From Takakia lepidozioides (lineage: Eukaryota > Plantae > Bryophyta), in assembly GCA_030704615.1 (NCBI GenBank), contig CM060731.1, forward strand, positions 28,954,001 to 29,018,000: a stretch of DNA of 64,000 nucleotides. The letters run 5' to 3'. The translations under genes and the position numbers were made by a program. This document shows, piece after piece, positions 18,597 through 32,996 of this stretch. How positions within the stretch are numbered: position 1 is the stretch's first letter; each line of letters begins with the position of its first letter. The notes beneath the pieces are model-generated. The model saw nothing but the letters and a program-made list of their open reading frames with translations. It searched no databases and was not told where the DNA came from.

Positions 18597-20327
18597 ATGG
18601 GGAACACTCGTCCCGAGTGTAAGAGAATCCGGGATCTCTGGTTCGTAAAAATCCCCCTACTAGGGTATCCCTGATATTCCTTGGAGTCAACGACTACCTT
18701 GAGTAAAGATAAAAATAATTCCCCTCAGGCTCTTCCTCCTCGGAGAGAGTTCGAGTCTTCCGGGAGAGAGGAGGAAATAAAAGCAAAAGCCAAAAAAATG
18801 TTTCAAAACCACCCAGCTCGCCCTCTTCGAAGAGAGTTGGAGTTCCCAGATAAAAAATACTTCAAAACTGTCATTCTCCCCCACTGGACTAGGTTCGAAT
18901 CCCCTAGATGATGTAAGAGAGATATGCGCGGTGCAAATTGATGATTCTACTCTAAAATAGCCTTGGAATGAGTTTGGTTCTACCCTACTTGACATGGCTT
19001 GTAGGGACCTCTCATGGATGTGCACAACTCATGGTAAATCGCTCACTGCGAACTACGACCTCGACTCGAATCCAGAAGGGTCTAGAAGCTCCTAAACAAG
19101 ATGCTTCTGGGAGTCCTAACTCTTGGCTCCCATAACAACAGAAAAGATTGGATACCCAAGGACCCTACCCATTAAATAGACACACCATTTCTAACTACAA
19201 TCTAACTTGGTTCATGACTCGCAGGGACCTCTCATGGATTTCGCAGAGCTCATGATGAAATTCTTGACCTAAGAAACGATTGGATCCATTCTGCACCTCA
19301 GATGACCATACTTTGGAACAATGTAACATTCTATCTGAAGAGGTCACAGGCCCTTTTGGGTTTTCCTGTGCCTGACGCCCTTCACTCATGTGAGGGGAAC
19401 AGCAACCGCTGCTCTACAAATCATCTTTTACCCCCTCACTGCTTCTGACTTTTCTCTCTCTATGAGGAATGCTGCAGCGGGGTAAGGTGAAAATGACAAA
19501 AGGTTTAAGGTTTAGAATCCCCGTGCGGGAAGTCGTTGTGCTCCATGCAGGGAGCATCAGTATACTGCAGAATGCTTGATACAGCAAGCATTTACTTTTT
19601 CTCGAGATATGCTTTGAGCAGACACAGATAGACTCTGTGATAAAAAAAAAACAAATGATGATCGACAGTGTGCATTGAACAAGAGTGCATATATTAGCCA
19701 ACCCATTGTTCCCATTCCTGCACCTATGGTTCTTCACTTGGTGAAGAAGAAAAGAAACTCACAACACGTTATTAGTAACGAAGATGTATGAAGTCTTCTA
19801 CTTGGCAATTGGATGGTCATAGCTTTCATAGCTTATGACATATCAGACGAATTCTAATTCTACAAGGTGGGTTAGATTTCTGCACTCTATGTGCCCCGCA
19901 TCCCAAGGTCTGTCCCTGTGGATTCCAATAACTACCCAAAAATTCACTCTGGAGAACAAACCACCTCTTTAATGCAACTGCGTTGCCCCGCATCCCAAGA
20001 TCTACCCTTGGAACTCCAAGAAAGGGTGTCAATAACCTACTTGGGTAAGAGCCCTATTGACTTCTTCCCATTGGAGAAGTTTCATTAGATTATTGCAACT
20101 TAGTTGCCCCGCACTCCACCTCGTTGTGGAGCTCCAATAACCAATGAGTCAATGGATAGGAAATACCAACATTTCCTTCCGACAAACCGGACGAAATCCT
20201 AAAGATCTCTCCATTAGTGGGGGGGAAGAATAGTTCATTGGTTAATGGAATTCACATGTAGTAGTGCTTGCACCGGACACCGTTCACCAAATTGGGGAAC
20301 TTCACTCCCCTTAGTGTCTCTAGTTGT

Positions 20328-20613
20328 AATGAGCCGTTGTCCAAGACTGTCTTGACGAGATAAGGGCCCATCCAGTATGAGTCGAACTTGGCTTTGAACT
20401 CCTCGTTCCGACTATCAAATAAAAGTACAAGATCTCCTAGATCGAAGATTTTCTTTTTGCGCTTAGCATCGAATGAGTCGTTGTCCAAGACTGTCTTGAC
20501 GAGATAAGGGCCCATCTAGTATGAGTCGAACTTGGCTTTGAACTCCTCGTTCCGACTAACAAATAATAGTACAAGATCTCCTGGATCGAAGATTCTCTTT
20601 TGCGCTTAGCATC
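20328..20613. repeat. ~144-bp tandem duplication in the integrase C-terminus
   Basis: AATGAG(C/T)CGTTGTCCAAGACTGTCTTGACG... begins at 20328 and at 20472. Confidence 0.9.
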
Positions 20614-21395
20614 AAAGCGAGCCTTCATTCGCCGTTGCACTGCCTCAATGTGCTGAGCTACTGCTTGTCGGAGTTCATCCAGTCCTTCCAACATCTCGAG
20701 TCGTTCCTTTAATGACTCTGATGTCGCCAACCGTTCGGTAATGGCCAATCGTAGGGATGGGATGTCTCGATTGGCATGATGGACTCTACCCCATAAACCA
20801 ATGAAAAGGGGGTATGTCAAGTAGTTACCTTATGGGTTGTGCGAAATGCCCACAAGGCCGAAATTAACTTGGTGTCCCAATCCCTCTTGTACACCCTGAT
20901 TGTCTTGGAGAGAATGTTGCACAGGGTTTGGTTGGCGCGCTCCACCTGCCCACTCGTTTGTGGATGATAAGGGGTCGCCTTTCGATGCCTGATGGAGAAT
21001 GCCACCATCATTTTCTCGATAACGTCGTTGATGAAGTGAGATCCCATGTCACTCACTATCTCTTTTGGGCATCCGAATCGGGAAATGATGTATTCATAAA
21101 TGAAAGAGGCGGTTACCTATGCGTTGGCCCTCTTAACCGCTTTGGCTTCTGCCCACTTGGTCAGATACTTAGTGGCTACAATGATATAGCGATTTTGTCG
21201 ACTCGATGCAGGGTGCACTTCCCCTACATAGTCGATCCCCCACTTCTCAAACGGAGCAAGGGGGAGAGTGGGAACTAACGGCATTCCGAGCCTATTATCC
21301 CGCTTGGTGTACCTTTGACAAGAGACGCATTTTTGCACATGCATGTGCACATCTTTGAACATGGAGGGCCAGTAGTATCCTGCCCTCAAAGCCTT

Positions 21396-24300
21396 CAATA
21401 GCCCGACCAACCATTTCTCGACCCCCTGTATCAAGAGCAAAGAGTCCGGCGAATCGGCCGGCGGCACCAGAAAAGCTTCCCCGGAGGAGGATGCATTCAA
21501 CTATGCGGTTCACAAACGAGCTAGAACCGTATAGTCTAATGGAGGATCTTCGTCATATTCAAGCAAACATTACGTTTGCACAGCTCATAGCCGTGGCGCC
21601 CACAGTTCGCCACGCTCTTAAGGCATCATTGGTGAGGAAGCGAATAAGCATTTCTGCTCAGGCCCACCATATCAATGCTCACATCGACCCAGGACCAATA
21701 GAGATAGAAGTGGAAATTGCTGACCGATTCATACGGCGTTGTTTAGTGGATGATGGGAGCTCAGTCAACATCATGCCGTTCTCCACTCTATCCAAACTAG
21801 GTTTGAACATGACAGGGGAATCCCCTCTGACAATCAGGCTAGCTGACCAGCGGAAGATCCGACCAGTGGGTCACATAGCAAATGTAAAGATAAAGACAGG
21901 AGGCTACACGTATGCAGTAGACTTCCAAGTGAACATTGGCATAACATAAATCAAACTTGGCAAGAATATAGAATCATGCGTTTTCCATGTTACCTCTTAT
22001 CTTGTCAACAATCATAGACTTCCCCATCGACGAATATTCGTATGCACTCCTATTAGGGAGGCCATGGTTGGTCCAATCCAGGGCACGAACGGACTGGGGG
22101 CAGGCACCATTACTTATGGGGTAAGACCTTACACTACTACTGTTGCATTTCTTTCTGGAGCACCTCACGAAGAAACAGATGAGGATGAGTTCAGCATGAT
22201 TGGCTTTCAAGAGGAGTCTGCAGACTTGAGTGAGGAGGATTTGTGGTCAGAGGGAGAGCTCCTCCCCACCTCGCACGCCCACCGAGTTTTAGCAACAGCT
22301 ACCGCGCCTCACAGGGAGGTTAAGCAAAGAAAGGTAGGACTAGAAGACAAAGTCAAGTCTCTAGGACCGGGATTGTATAAATGCGAGTCTGATGCAGACT
22401 GCATTACCTGGTTGTTCGGAGAAAACCAAGACAGGGAAGTGATGGTACACTTGGTATCAACCGAGGCACTTCCAGAGTTCGAGTCATTGACCGAACTTTT
22501 TTCCATATCCGCCGAACGGGATGGTCTGCAAGAACAAGAGATTCCTCAGGAGGAAAACGGCGAGATTCTAGATATGAGAATTGTAGAGGAGGTCGACCTA
22601 GAAAGGGATGTCCTGAAACATAGCTCTCCCTACATTCCTTATTTACAGCAGGGATCAAACGGATCTCGATTTGAGCCGAGGTCGTGTTTCACATCGGAAC
22701 CAATGACACAGTTGGTCGACATGGTAGTTGGAGGAGAGTCACCAAAGATGGTGAAGGTGGGAGCCCACTGGACAACAGAGCAGGCCTTGGAGTATCACGC
22801 ACTGTTCAAGGAATTTCGGGACATCTTTGCATGGTCCTACACCGAATTGAAGGGAATGCCTTCTTACATTGCAATGCATTCCATTCCCTTGATTCCGAGA
22901 GCCACCCCAAGACGACAACGCGAGAGGAGGGTGAACCCCAACTTAGCACTGCTCATTAAAGCAGAGATTGAAAACCTGCTGGCCGCAGAATTTATTTTCC
23001 CGGTGGAAACATCAGCATGGGTGTCTTCGATGGTGATCGTCCGAAAGAAGAATGGAGGCCTAAGGGTATGCGTGGACTTCCGCCCCCTTAACAAGGTAAC
23101 ACACAAGGATCATTTTCCCTTGCCATTCATAGATACTTTGGTGGAAGAAGTAGCAGGAAAAGAGCTCTACTCCTTCATGGATGGATTTTCAAGGTACAAT
23201 CAGGTGTTGATTGACCCAAAGGACATGTTGAAACCACCTTTACTTCACCATGGGGCACCTTTGCCTATACACCCTTGACGTTTCAGAGGGTCATGACATA
23301 TGCCTTCTCAGACATCATGAGAAGAAATTTGGTCATCTTCTTAGATGACTTTTGTTGCAATGGGGATACAAAAGATCACGTTGCAGCATTACGGGAGTGC
23401 TTCATCCGGTGCAGGGAGAATGGGATCTCTCTCAACCCAATGAAGTGCGTGTTTGTAGTCACACATGGACTGCTACTAGGGTACATAGTGTCCAAAGATG
23501 GCGTGGCGACAGATCCAGCAAAGATGAGCGCCATAGTCGAATTGCCCGCACCAGAGACATCATCTAAGGTGAAAGGGTTCCTTGGCCACACAGGGTGGTA
23601 TAAGAAATTTATGGACAAGTATGCAGCAGAGGCCTTGCCTCTGACTCGATTATTGAAGAAGAACCAGGTATTTTCCTGGGATACAGGGTGTCAGGAGTCT
23701 TTCGAGACACTCAAGCAGCGCTTGGTGTCTGTTCCGTTTTGGCCGCTCCCGACTGGAACAGGCCTTTCCATGTTTACGTTGATGCTTCAGCGGTGGCCAT
23801 AGGCTGTGCCCTGTGCCAACCAGATGCTGATGGCCATGATCATCCGATATCTTTCGCCAGTCGACAGCCGACTTTCGCCGAAATGAGGTATAGCACCACG
23901 GAGCGGGAGGCTCTGGGAATGATTTTTGCCGTAAAAAAGTATCGGCATTACCTGTTGGAGACACCTTTCATTTTTTTTGTTGATCACATGGCATTACGAT
24001 ACTTGATCAACAAACCCGATTTGACGGGAAGAATAGCCAGGTGGGTTATTCTGCTTCAGGAATTCGACTACAAATGTAGTCTACAAGCCCGGAAGGCTTA
24101 ATGCTCAGGCCAATCACCTTTCCCGATTGTCGGAGGAAACAGGGGCCGAGCCTATTGACGATGACTTCCCGGATGCATTTTTGTTCTCCATAGAGACCGT
24201 TCCTCCATGGTATGAACACATAGCTCAGTATTTAAGCACCCTGGAATTCCCCCCAGGATTGGATCGACATGCGTGACGAAGGCTTCGACCGCGCAGCATG

Positions 24301-24450
24301 AAGGTTGCTCTTGTGGGAGGGCAACTTTATATAAGGGGATTGGATGGACTCTTGAGGCGATGCGTCACCCCGGAGATGGTTCCCCAGATTTTAGAGTCAG
24401 TCCATGATAGCATGTGCGGAGGACACTTTGCAGGATGGCTCACCGTGCAG
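21396..24450 (+). pseudogene. Inverted pol segment: protease, RT, RNase H and N-terminal half of the integrase zinc finger
   Basis: ORF fragments 21491-21949, 22064-23278, 23275-23802, 23688-24101 and 24298-24450; an 82-bp insertion (21931-22012) splits VDFQV|IDFP...LLGRPWL. Confidence 0.9.
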
Positions 24451-26169
24451 GTTCCGCCTCTGCGAATGCTACCTCCTTTTATTTGGGATGGATGTCTTCC
24501 TCCTCCCAAAGCACAGTCTCCGCCACCTTCTGTGCATCTGACTTCATTACTGTGAAGTTCAGATCCTCCTGTTCCGATGTGGATGTGGCTGACTCTGACG
24601 CCTCATACCCAGGGCCTTTCCCTATCGTATCTCATTGATGTCGGGTCATCACTGCGTAGCTACCTTTTCCGGGGCTAGCTGTCGCTGTTGGAGTGGCCTC
24701 CGGCTCACTCGCAATCCAATTTACTTGGTGCTGCGTCTCCTGAGGGCGCGTTGTATGATTGCGTTGTACGTTGGTCTACTGTTGCTGAGACGGCGCCGAG
24801 GTAGACACTTGATGTCCTCCCTGCACCCTTACATCCTGAGTGGGAGACCACGTGTTAGAAGAACCCTGGGCTATCTGAGCCGCAAGATTTGAATAAGCTG
24901 CTCGGGCAGCCTGTCCATGAGCGGCATTGCCCCCTGAGTATGATGGACCTGTCTGATCCGGCCTAGGTCGTTGTGCTATCTGCGTTGGTGTAGCAAAATA
25001 CATGCTATGTTGTTGCGGTAGAGGGTTGGGTGGTTCAGTCGCATACTGATCCGGGAATGGGGCTCGTTGCCCTTCCAAATTCCTCTCTATTTGCTGGATG
25101 GTGGCAGGGGCCGGTCGGTCCACCTGCCTCAGGGAACATCTCTCCAAGGAATGGCCTCTTTGGCCGCAATGCAAACATACTATATAACTCCAACAGTCTT
25201 CTGTTGGGTGAGTGGTTTTGCCATATTTTTGACAACCTTTCCTGGATTGACTGAATTGTCGTTTTGATCTATCCTGATAAGTCGGGTTTCGACTTACCTG
25301 CCTCTCTCGGGTGGGATAAGGACAATGTTGAGCAGCATGCCCAGGACCGTCGCAGTTGGAGCATCATACATTTGTCGGGTTGGGGCCAGATTCTCCTACT
25401 GAAGCAACATCTCGATACCCCACGTAGCTGGTGATCTACTGGCCAATGCAGCTTATGCAATCGCCCATTGTTTCGATGGTTTTGATGAGAGAGGTGACTT
25501 GCGCCTCCAAATGGCCCATCCGTGAATCAGACTGCCCAGTGGAATCTGCATACGAGTCAGTAGGGGTAGCATTCGTATACTGTGGCACGGTCGGTGCTAC
25601 TGCTAGTGTAGGGGACGTCACCGGGGCGTATGGCCGTGCTCCTCCTACATATGATGACGTATAGTGTAGAGCGGGTTGGATCACCGCTAATGGCGTCGGC
25701 TCCTGCGTGGGCTCGATCGTAATGTATGATGGAAGTGCAAAGTTGAGCATCTTGGCCCGTTGTACCTGGCGATGCATGTTGTCGAACTCCTTGCCGGCTT
25801 GTATGGCATCTACCAATGTTGCAGGTCTTTGCTGCAAAACATGAAAATGAGTTGTCTCTCGTAATCCACTTAGAAAACAATCCTTCAGTACCCCATCATC
25901 TAGGGGGGTTAAAGGGTTTTGGAGTCGCATCAACTCTCGAAATCGCATTTCAAAGTCCGCATTTCAAAGAACGAAAAAAATCATCCTCTACCTTGGGCTC
26001 TGACACAAAGGCTCACTGTAGCCGAGTTTTTAGGATAGTTTCTCTCCTCCCTTGTCTCTTGAGGTCTCCGCCTCTAGCTCACTGCTCACAGGTCCGCTTG
26101 GCTCTCTCTTGGAGTCACCAGAACACTCCCCTCCAAGGCTACGTATGTGGGTGGCATTGGGACTACTAG

Positions 26170-29100
26170 GCGTGGACAGAGACCATGACAAAGATGAAGA
26201 CGAGCGAGGACATAGACCATGACCAAGACAAAGACGAGCAAGAAAGACCAAAGACATGCAAAGGAGGAAAGAAGGACAAGGAGGGGAGTGCGATCACCCC
26301 CCCCCCCCCCCCCCGATCTGTAGTGAAGATCCAGCCGTTGTTGATTTCAAATAGGAACACGTGTCGTGCATCCGACACTATGGCCTTTTCGACTTTGAGA
26401 CGTTTCAAAATAACCACTTACAATCCTCCAGACAACTAGATGTAGCGATTCACACAACTGACATGGATCCGTTAACTTTATTTCGTTCAAAATTAGGCGA
26501 AGGAAACACACTGCAATGATGCCGTGTATGGCTCCGCTTTACATGCATTCTTGGAGAAAATGCGCATGATGTGTGAGAAGTGAACACAGTGCTCTGCCAA
26601 ATGAATCAGCAAAAACAAACTCAACTGTAGTGGTTCTCCCATCGCAGAGAAGGGTCCATTCGACACCCATCACACCATGCCAGGTTGAGGTCCTCACACA
26701 CACACCTGCACACCGAGAATTTGCGAACCCACATCAGCTGGGAGAACATGGAAATTACCCTGTGGATCACATGCAAGCATGAATGAGAAATGGAAGGAGA
26801 ATTGCATGGGAGATTTTGGTGTACCTACGCGACATGCAACTCTGTCTACATACTCCATAAGTCACTGTCCCAAGACCCAAGTGGACAGGGGAGGCCGGTG
26901 AGTCTGTACCACAAATGGTAATCATACAGCAGAGGGTACTGCTGCCCAACGTGCAAAAGCCGCCGGCTGCAGGATGCTAGGCATGCGAACTCCGGCACAG
27001 CATGCCTCCTCTGCACCCCACTCCGTCCCAACCAGTGCAAAACAACCGTGCATGCATTGACTGCCGTCTGGCTTTCTCTCTTGGCATTTGGGGGTCTGCG
27101 ATTTGCTACACGTAAGTGTCTTTGAAGGCGACGATCAAAGGATCCGGTCACTTGCAGTTGCCGTCTCAAGGGCAGCATTGCAAGAATCACAATTAAGTAA
27201 GAAAGATGGTGGAAGAAGCTGCAAACTGCAAATGAGTGAAGTGGCAGGGCGATGCTCCATTCTTAACATGCTCTCCTTCCCGCCATGGTGATAAAGCCAC
27301 ACAAATGGACTCCCTTCCCGCCACGGTGCAATTTCAAGGCAACGGAACGGGATTGTCCGCCGAAATGTGATTTGGAGATCGCGGCCGAATCCGTGATGGA
27401 ATTCGACCTTCCAATACATGATTCCTCAATCCGTCTCGCTCTTCCGCTGAGGGTGGCATTGGGCGAACTACCCCCTGCTACAAACTTTTGATCGTAATGT
27501 GATTTTGAGAGACTAATCGATGCAGCCGGAAATTGTGCAGACGATGACCGCCGATGAGTGGATTTCCCTGCCTAAGACAAGTGGCGCAGGTTCTGGCCTT
27601 GTAGTCGGGTTGTTCACACTTCAATGCACACATTTCATACACATTCAACCATATGCCCAAGATCACAACATCCTAAATCGTGAAAATTGAAATTCTACGT
27701 ACGTCCTCCGATTCCTCACACACACACGAACTGTAGAGACAGGTGGTTTTCCAGGATGTCGTTGTTTGAGTCGATTTTGGTCATTTCTCTCAGTGTCTTG
27801 TTGAAAAGATTCTAGTTATGATGGGAAGCATCTTGATGGCTTTTAAATGGTTTGCTGTTGAGTGTAACTTTCCATCATGTTTTGGAATCTACCAGTTGGT
27901 ATAAAATGTCAACTGTCTTCTCTGCCAAAGGATGTGCGGTTGAACCTTTCAAATTGAGATTGCAGGAGGAGGGAATTGACGGTAGTGAAATGGGAGTGGC
28001 AGAGCCAAATTGAGGAGTCTCTGCAAAGGAGAATCCGGCCCCCTACAACGGCGTGCACAAACTGCATTGAAGAGGCTCCCCAACAAAAATGAGTTCCCCT
28101 CGCCCATGCGGAGGACTTCCAATTAATCACCCCTGTAAACAGAACACCCGAGATGACAGGTTCTGGGAAAGAGAAGTGGCACGTGCCCGAGCCCTTGGGC
28201 TTTCAAGGATGCCATGCCCATGTGAACGTTGTTTGGGCACTACAAGTAGATCTGAGGACGGTGTGCGCACACATCTCCTTCACCACAAAAGACATGAAGC
28301 ATTTCGGGTGTGGATTGGAGATGGACCTGCAGACGAAGACGATGAGGAGTGGGCACAATTGGACAATGCACACCTCCGGGGGAGCCATACAGACAGGCCA
28401 GACGAGGACTATGTCATGGGCGCAGGACATGAACCAGGCATGGACGGAGGGGTGGAGATTACTCGAATGTTGCAGGAAGCATTCCACATCATGGACGATG
28501 CTGAAGAGGGGGACGGCGCTGCGACAACTGGGGATGGTGATGACGCAGGAAATGAAGGCATTCACGTGGGGGAAGGCGTGGAAGGAGGTGGAGATGGAGA
28601 TGAGAATTCAGCACACATGACACTAGAAGAAGCATGTGTGCCACTGTACGAGGGATGCAAATCCACAAAGCTTGCTGCCACCATGCTGTTGATGAACCTG
28701 TGCACAACCCACGGTGTCTCAGACCATTTTGTGGATGAGTTATTCTCTTTGCTTCGGCTGAACTTGCTTCCACAACCAAATGAAATACCAAAAAGCTGTC
28801 ACATGGCCAACAAAATGATTGGGAAGCTCGGCCTCAACTACGTGAAAATACATGCATGTCCAAAAGGACATGTACTTTTCAGAGGAGAGTACAAGGACGC
28901 TATGGAGTGCCCCAAATGCGGTGCAGCCCGATACCATGATGTGGGCAGGTTACAACAGCCAGCCAAGGTGTTGAGGCACTTTCCCCTTATCCCCCGTCTA
29001 TTACGAATGTACAAATGCAAGACCATTAGTTGAGCTCATGACTTGGCATTCCAGGAATGCCTCAAACAATGGTTTGGTAAGGCATGTCCCAGATTCCCTT

Positions 29101-32100
29101 GCATGGAAGCATATAGATGCAACTTGGCCCGATTTCGCCGAGGACCCACGCAATGTGCGATTGGCTGTATATCTACGGATGGAGTAAACCCATACGGATC
29201 AAAGAGCTGCGCATGGTCCACATGGCCCGTGCAGTTGGTGGCATACAACCTGCCACCATGGTTGACAACAAAGAAATTCTTTGTCATGTTGTCTCTCTTG
29301 ATTCCAGGCAAGGAGTCCGTGACAAATGCAAACATAGATGTGTATTTGCAACCATTGATTGAAGAGCTACAGGAACTATGGATTGGAGTTGAAACTTACG
29401 ACATTTTGAAACGAGTAGGGCAACGGAGTTTTACCCTCCGTGCCATACTCATGTGGTCAATCCACGATTTCCCCGTATATGGCCTTATTGCGGGTTGCAA
29501 GACGAAGGGCTACAAAGTGTGCCCCATTTGTGGGGCCTATGTGGATTCACGGCACTCAAAGCCATTGGGGAAGACAATATACATGGGGCATCAACGTTAC
29601 CTTGCAAGAAACCACCCCTACCAACGAGCAGGAAGGCACTTGTGTTGAAAAGAGAATGGCACCAAATGTTGTGACACCGGACATTGCAATTTGCAAAGGA
29701 GAAAGAGGCGTTCATGGAGATTGGAGGGAGAGAAGGAAGTAGTGCGGATCCAGCCATGGAGCACGGGGTGAAGTGCCGGACAATCCTTTGGGATTTGCCA
29801 TACTGGAAGGTGCATGAATCCCCCCCCCCATTCACTCACTTTCTTTCACATTGTGCTTCCTGGAATTACCTTTACTGTCACGAGTCCTTCCACCAGCTCC
29901 TAAGTCAGTGTAACTACTATGCAGTAGATGTTGAAGTCGTACACCTCACTGTGGAGAGGATCGTGCAGTTGTTGAAAGCAGAATGTAGTAACATGGACAA
30001 CTTCTGCCACATATTCTACTATTTTTGCCCGTAGAACTTGGTCTCATGGGAGGACATTTGGCATTGTAGAACCTCTTGCAGCGGTATTTCCTGGACCCCA
30101 TGCATTGTGAGAAGAACTTCTGCGAGAACATTCTGAAGACGATCTTTGGGGAGAAGGATACGATAAACGTACGAAATGACATGGAGATTGAAGGGATACG
30201 GTCACATCTGTGGCTAAGGCCTGATCCAAATAGACCTCGCAAAGTGCTCATGCCAGCAGCATCATACGTCCTGACCAAATCAGAACAAGAGCATTTTTTG
30301 AAGACATTGGGAGCCATGAAAGTGCCAACCGGATTCTCGGGTGCTTTCCAAAAGCATGCCATAAACAAGAAATGGTCGGGGATGAAGTCACATGATCTAC
30401 ATGTGATGATGCAGCAGATTTTGCCAGTGTGCATTCGGGGTACGATGGCGCCGGGTCCTCGAACAGCCATAATGCGTGTAAGTCGAGTGTTTAGGAAGAT
30501 TTGTGCGAAGGTGTGGGATCCGAGGGACATTACATCGTTGCATGAGGATGTGGCTATGACCCTATGTTTGCTGGAGAAATAATTCCCTCCATCATTCTTT
30601 GACGTCATGACGCACTTGCTAGTGCATCTTGTAGAGGAGCTGCATGTGTGTGGGCCCGTAGCCAGCCGTTGGATGTACCCCATGGAGAGGTACATGAAGG
30701 ATTTGAAGGGGTATGTACGCAACATGGCACGGCTAGAGGGGAGTATGGCGGAGGGCTACATCCGCGATGAAGCCCTGGGCTTCATGACAGAGTATATGTC
30801 TTCATTTGATGCAACACAACGACGGGTGTGGGACGAGAACGAGGAAGGAGTTGTAGGCAAGGTCCTAGAAGGTGGTGGAACAAAGCGTGTCATGAGCCCG
30901 TGCCTTCGGGATGTGGCACATGATTATGTGTTGAACAACACAACAACCATGACACCATGGAGACAGTGGGTGTAAACTTACATCCCTCCTGTGCTATTCT
31001 TAATGGTCTTTGTATGTTGGAATTACATATATATTGTCACAAGTCATTCCGGCCACTATGAGAGTGGGATCGTGTACTAACAGGGTGCTTCAGACGACTA
31101 CAGAGGGTGTTTCGTAGTTGGTGTTGTTGCTTGCAAGTGATTATGAAGTAGGCTACATCACTACAGTGTGCTTGAAAGGACACAATCTGCATGTGGCATG
31201 CATGTACAGTACAGTGTTGGTCAGGGGGACTGAGTTGCAGCTTCTATTTGGTTTGTGCCAGAAAGTACGCAGCGGAGAAGGTCCTCCTGAAAACGGAACG
31301 GAGTGCATTTGCAAAAGCATGGCGGAGGGGCGGTCGTAGGCGCAGATCCCCTGTGGAGTACCCCACAACAATGGAGGAGCTGCAGCCCTTTACAGTGTGG
31401 GTCAGATCTGCAATTGCAGTGTACGCATCAGAGAACAAGGACCCAGATGAGGGCATGGTGAGTCTGTCATTCCCCCCAAGGCTGATTGCCACTTCGTACC
31501 GGTCAATGAAAGCACATGGCAATCATTATAGAGTGGACGATGCCAACACCAGCCTCCTGGTGACTTATGACAGCGGAGTGGCATCATTTTTTGAACAAGG
31601 GAGTAGGAGCTGTGCACGAGATCGGAATCCAATTTCATGCCCTGTGCAATATGTAGGAGTCATCAAAGAGATCCTTAAACTAGACTATGGTCAGTGAAGC
31701 CAATTCTATTCCGTTGTTCTTGGGTTAAAGCCAATATGGTAGGAGAGAATGCCACCATGAAACGGGATGAGTACGGGTTCCTCCTTGCTGATTTCAGAAA
31801 AATGCTACCACAAGATGAAGAGCCATTCATCTTCCCATCGCAAGTTGAGCAAGTTTTCTTTTCAGATGACACCCATGCGCCGGGATGGAAGGTGGTTCTT
31901 CACAAGGACCCCCGGGCCAAACGAGTCATGGCCGACGTCCATGATCTGGACCTAGGGGAGAATGCCGACCACGAGGGTCTGAGGGAACCACAAAATCTAC
32001 CAGATACGGCCGAACCAGTCTCTTTGGAAGGAACAGTTACCTTTAATGAGGAAGACATTCCAGGGTTGGTAATTACCGCAAGGCAAATTGCAGATGTGGG

Positions 32101-32996
32101 CAGTGAAGGGGAAGATTCTTTGGATACGGATAGTGAGCCCAGCTGAATCTCAGCAGCTCGTAGACGAGAGCTGTGCTAAGGACTCTTACGTCCTTAGAAC
32201 CCATTTTGTACAGTCCTGCAAGCGCGCAAGGGCGAGACAGTTAATAGTATCGATAATGTCCCGGAATGTGGTCCGTACTGTCTTGTGAACAAACCTATAT
32301 TTACAGTATGATTGTAGTTCAGAACCAAAGGGCATATCCTTCAGCCTTGACATCTTTGCGATCTTCTTCTGTGACGCCTTCTTCATAACTTGAGAAATGG
32401 AAAAGCAGCTACACCTCAAATTATTGCAAGGCCACTCAATGGCACTAAGAACGTTTCGAGCATGCTGTCAGAAAACTAGACGGGCAAAAACCCAATTCAG
32501 CAGCCTCACCTTGCGTTGATACTTGGGAATTGATACCAGAAGGGCATGCCCGTATGCGCACTCCATCGTGCCTCCATCCAGCACATTCTGTAAATGTTGA
32601 ATGACCAAGACCCTGATATTACACCCTTCTGAGAAGCCACTACGCGCGCTCACAGTATACGAAGGCCTTGCCGTGTCAGGATTCGCATTCCCACGTCCCG
32701 CCATGTCCGACGAAGCACTTGCATCCCTGTCTCTGCCAGCTGGAGGCAGCACGTATTAAAATATCTATTCCCCCAAGGCCACATTTGGTTTACCTCTTTT
32801 TGTGAAAGCCACTTCAGCAAATGTGCTGCCGAATCATGGGTGCAATGAATGCGCAGTGGTTCATGAAGTCGTTGAGTCGACTACATATTCACTTTAATGA
32901 ATAAATATCTTGATTCCATTAATCGAATTAGGAAATGAAAATTGTAGTCGCATGTGCAGTAATTACAACCACTTGTAATTTTGGCTTTTTCAAATT
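26170..32996 (+). mobile_element. CACTA/EnSpm transposon remnant 1 (termini not identified, boundaries approximate)
   Basis: Contains a full-length decayed transposase; AGTGGTT/AACCACT and TGTAGT/ACTACA subterminal-like motifs near 32850-32980. Confidence 0.7.
28089..32146 (+). pseudogene. CACTA transposase (Tnp2/TnpD-type: Transposase_21, DUF4218, DUF4216), with stops and frameshifts
   Basis: CPCERC, IHACP...CPKC...VLRHFPLIPRL, STDGVNPY, YNLPPW, IDVYLQPLIEEL, LDPMHCEKN, MKSHD, RWMYPMERYMK, FRCSW, EEPFIFPSQVEQVFF; probable introns at ~29810-30069 and ~30967-31261. Confidence 0.92.

Larger units (their letters stand above)
20252..26170 (-). mobile_element. Degenerate non-chromovirus Ty3/gypsy retrotransposon (Athila/Phygy-like) with internal inversion
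   Basis: Gag with CCHC knuckle (HCGQRGHSLERC) and the integrase core plus GPY/F module (FEKWGIDYVG, YHPQTSGQVER, WMGPY) are on -. Protease (LVDDGSSVNIM), RT (LRVCVDFRPLN, FLDD) and RNase H (YVDAS, TTEREAL) are on +. Many stops and frameshifts; no matching LTR pair identified. Confidence 0.92.
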
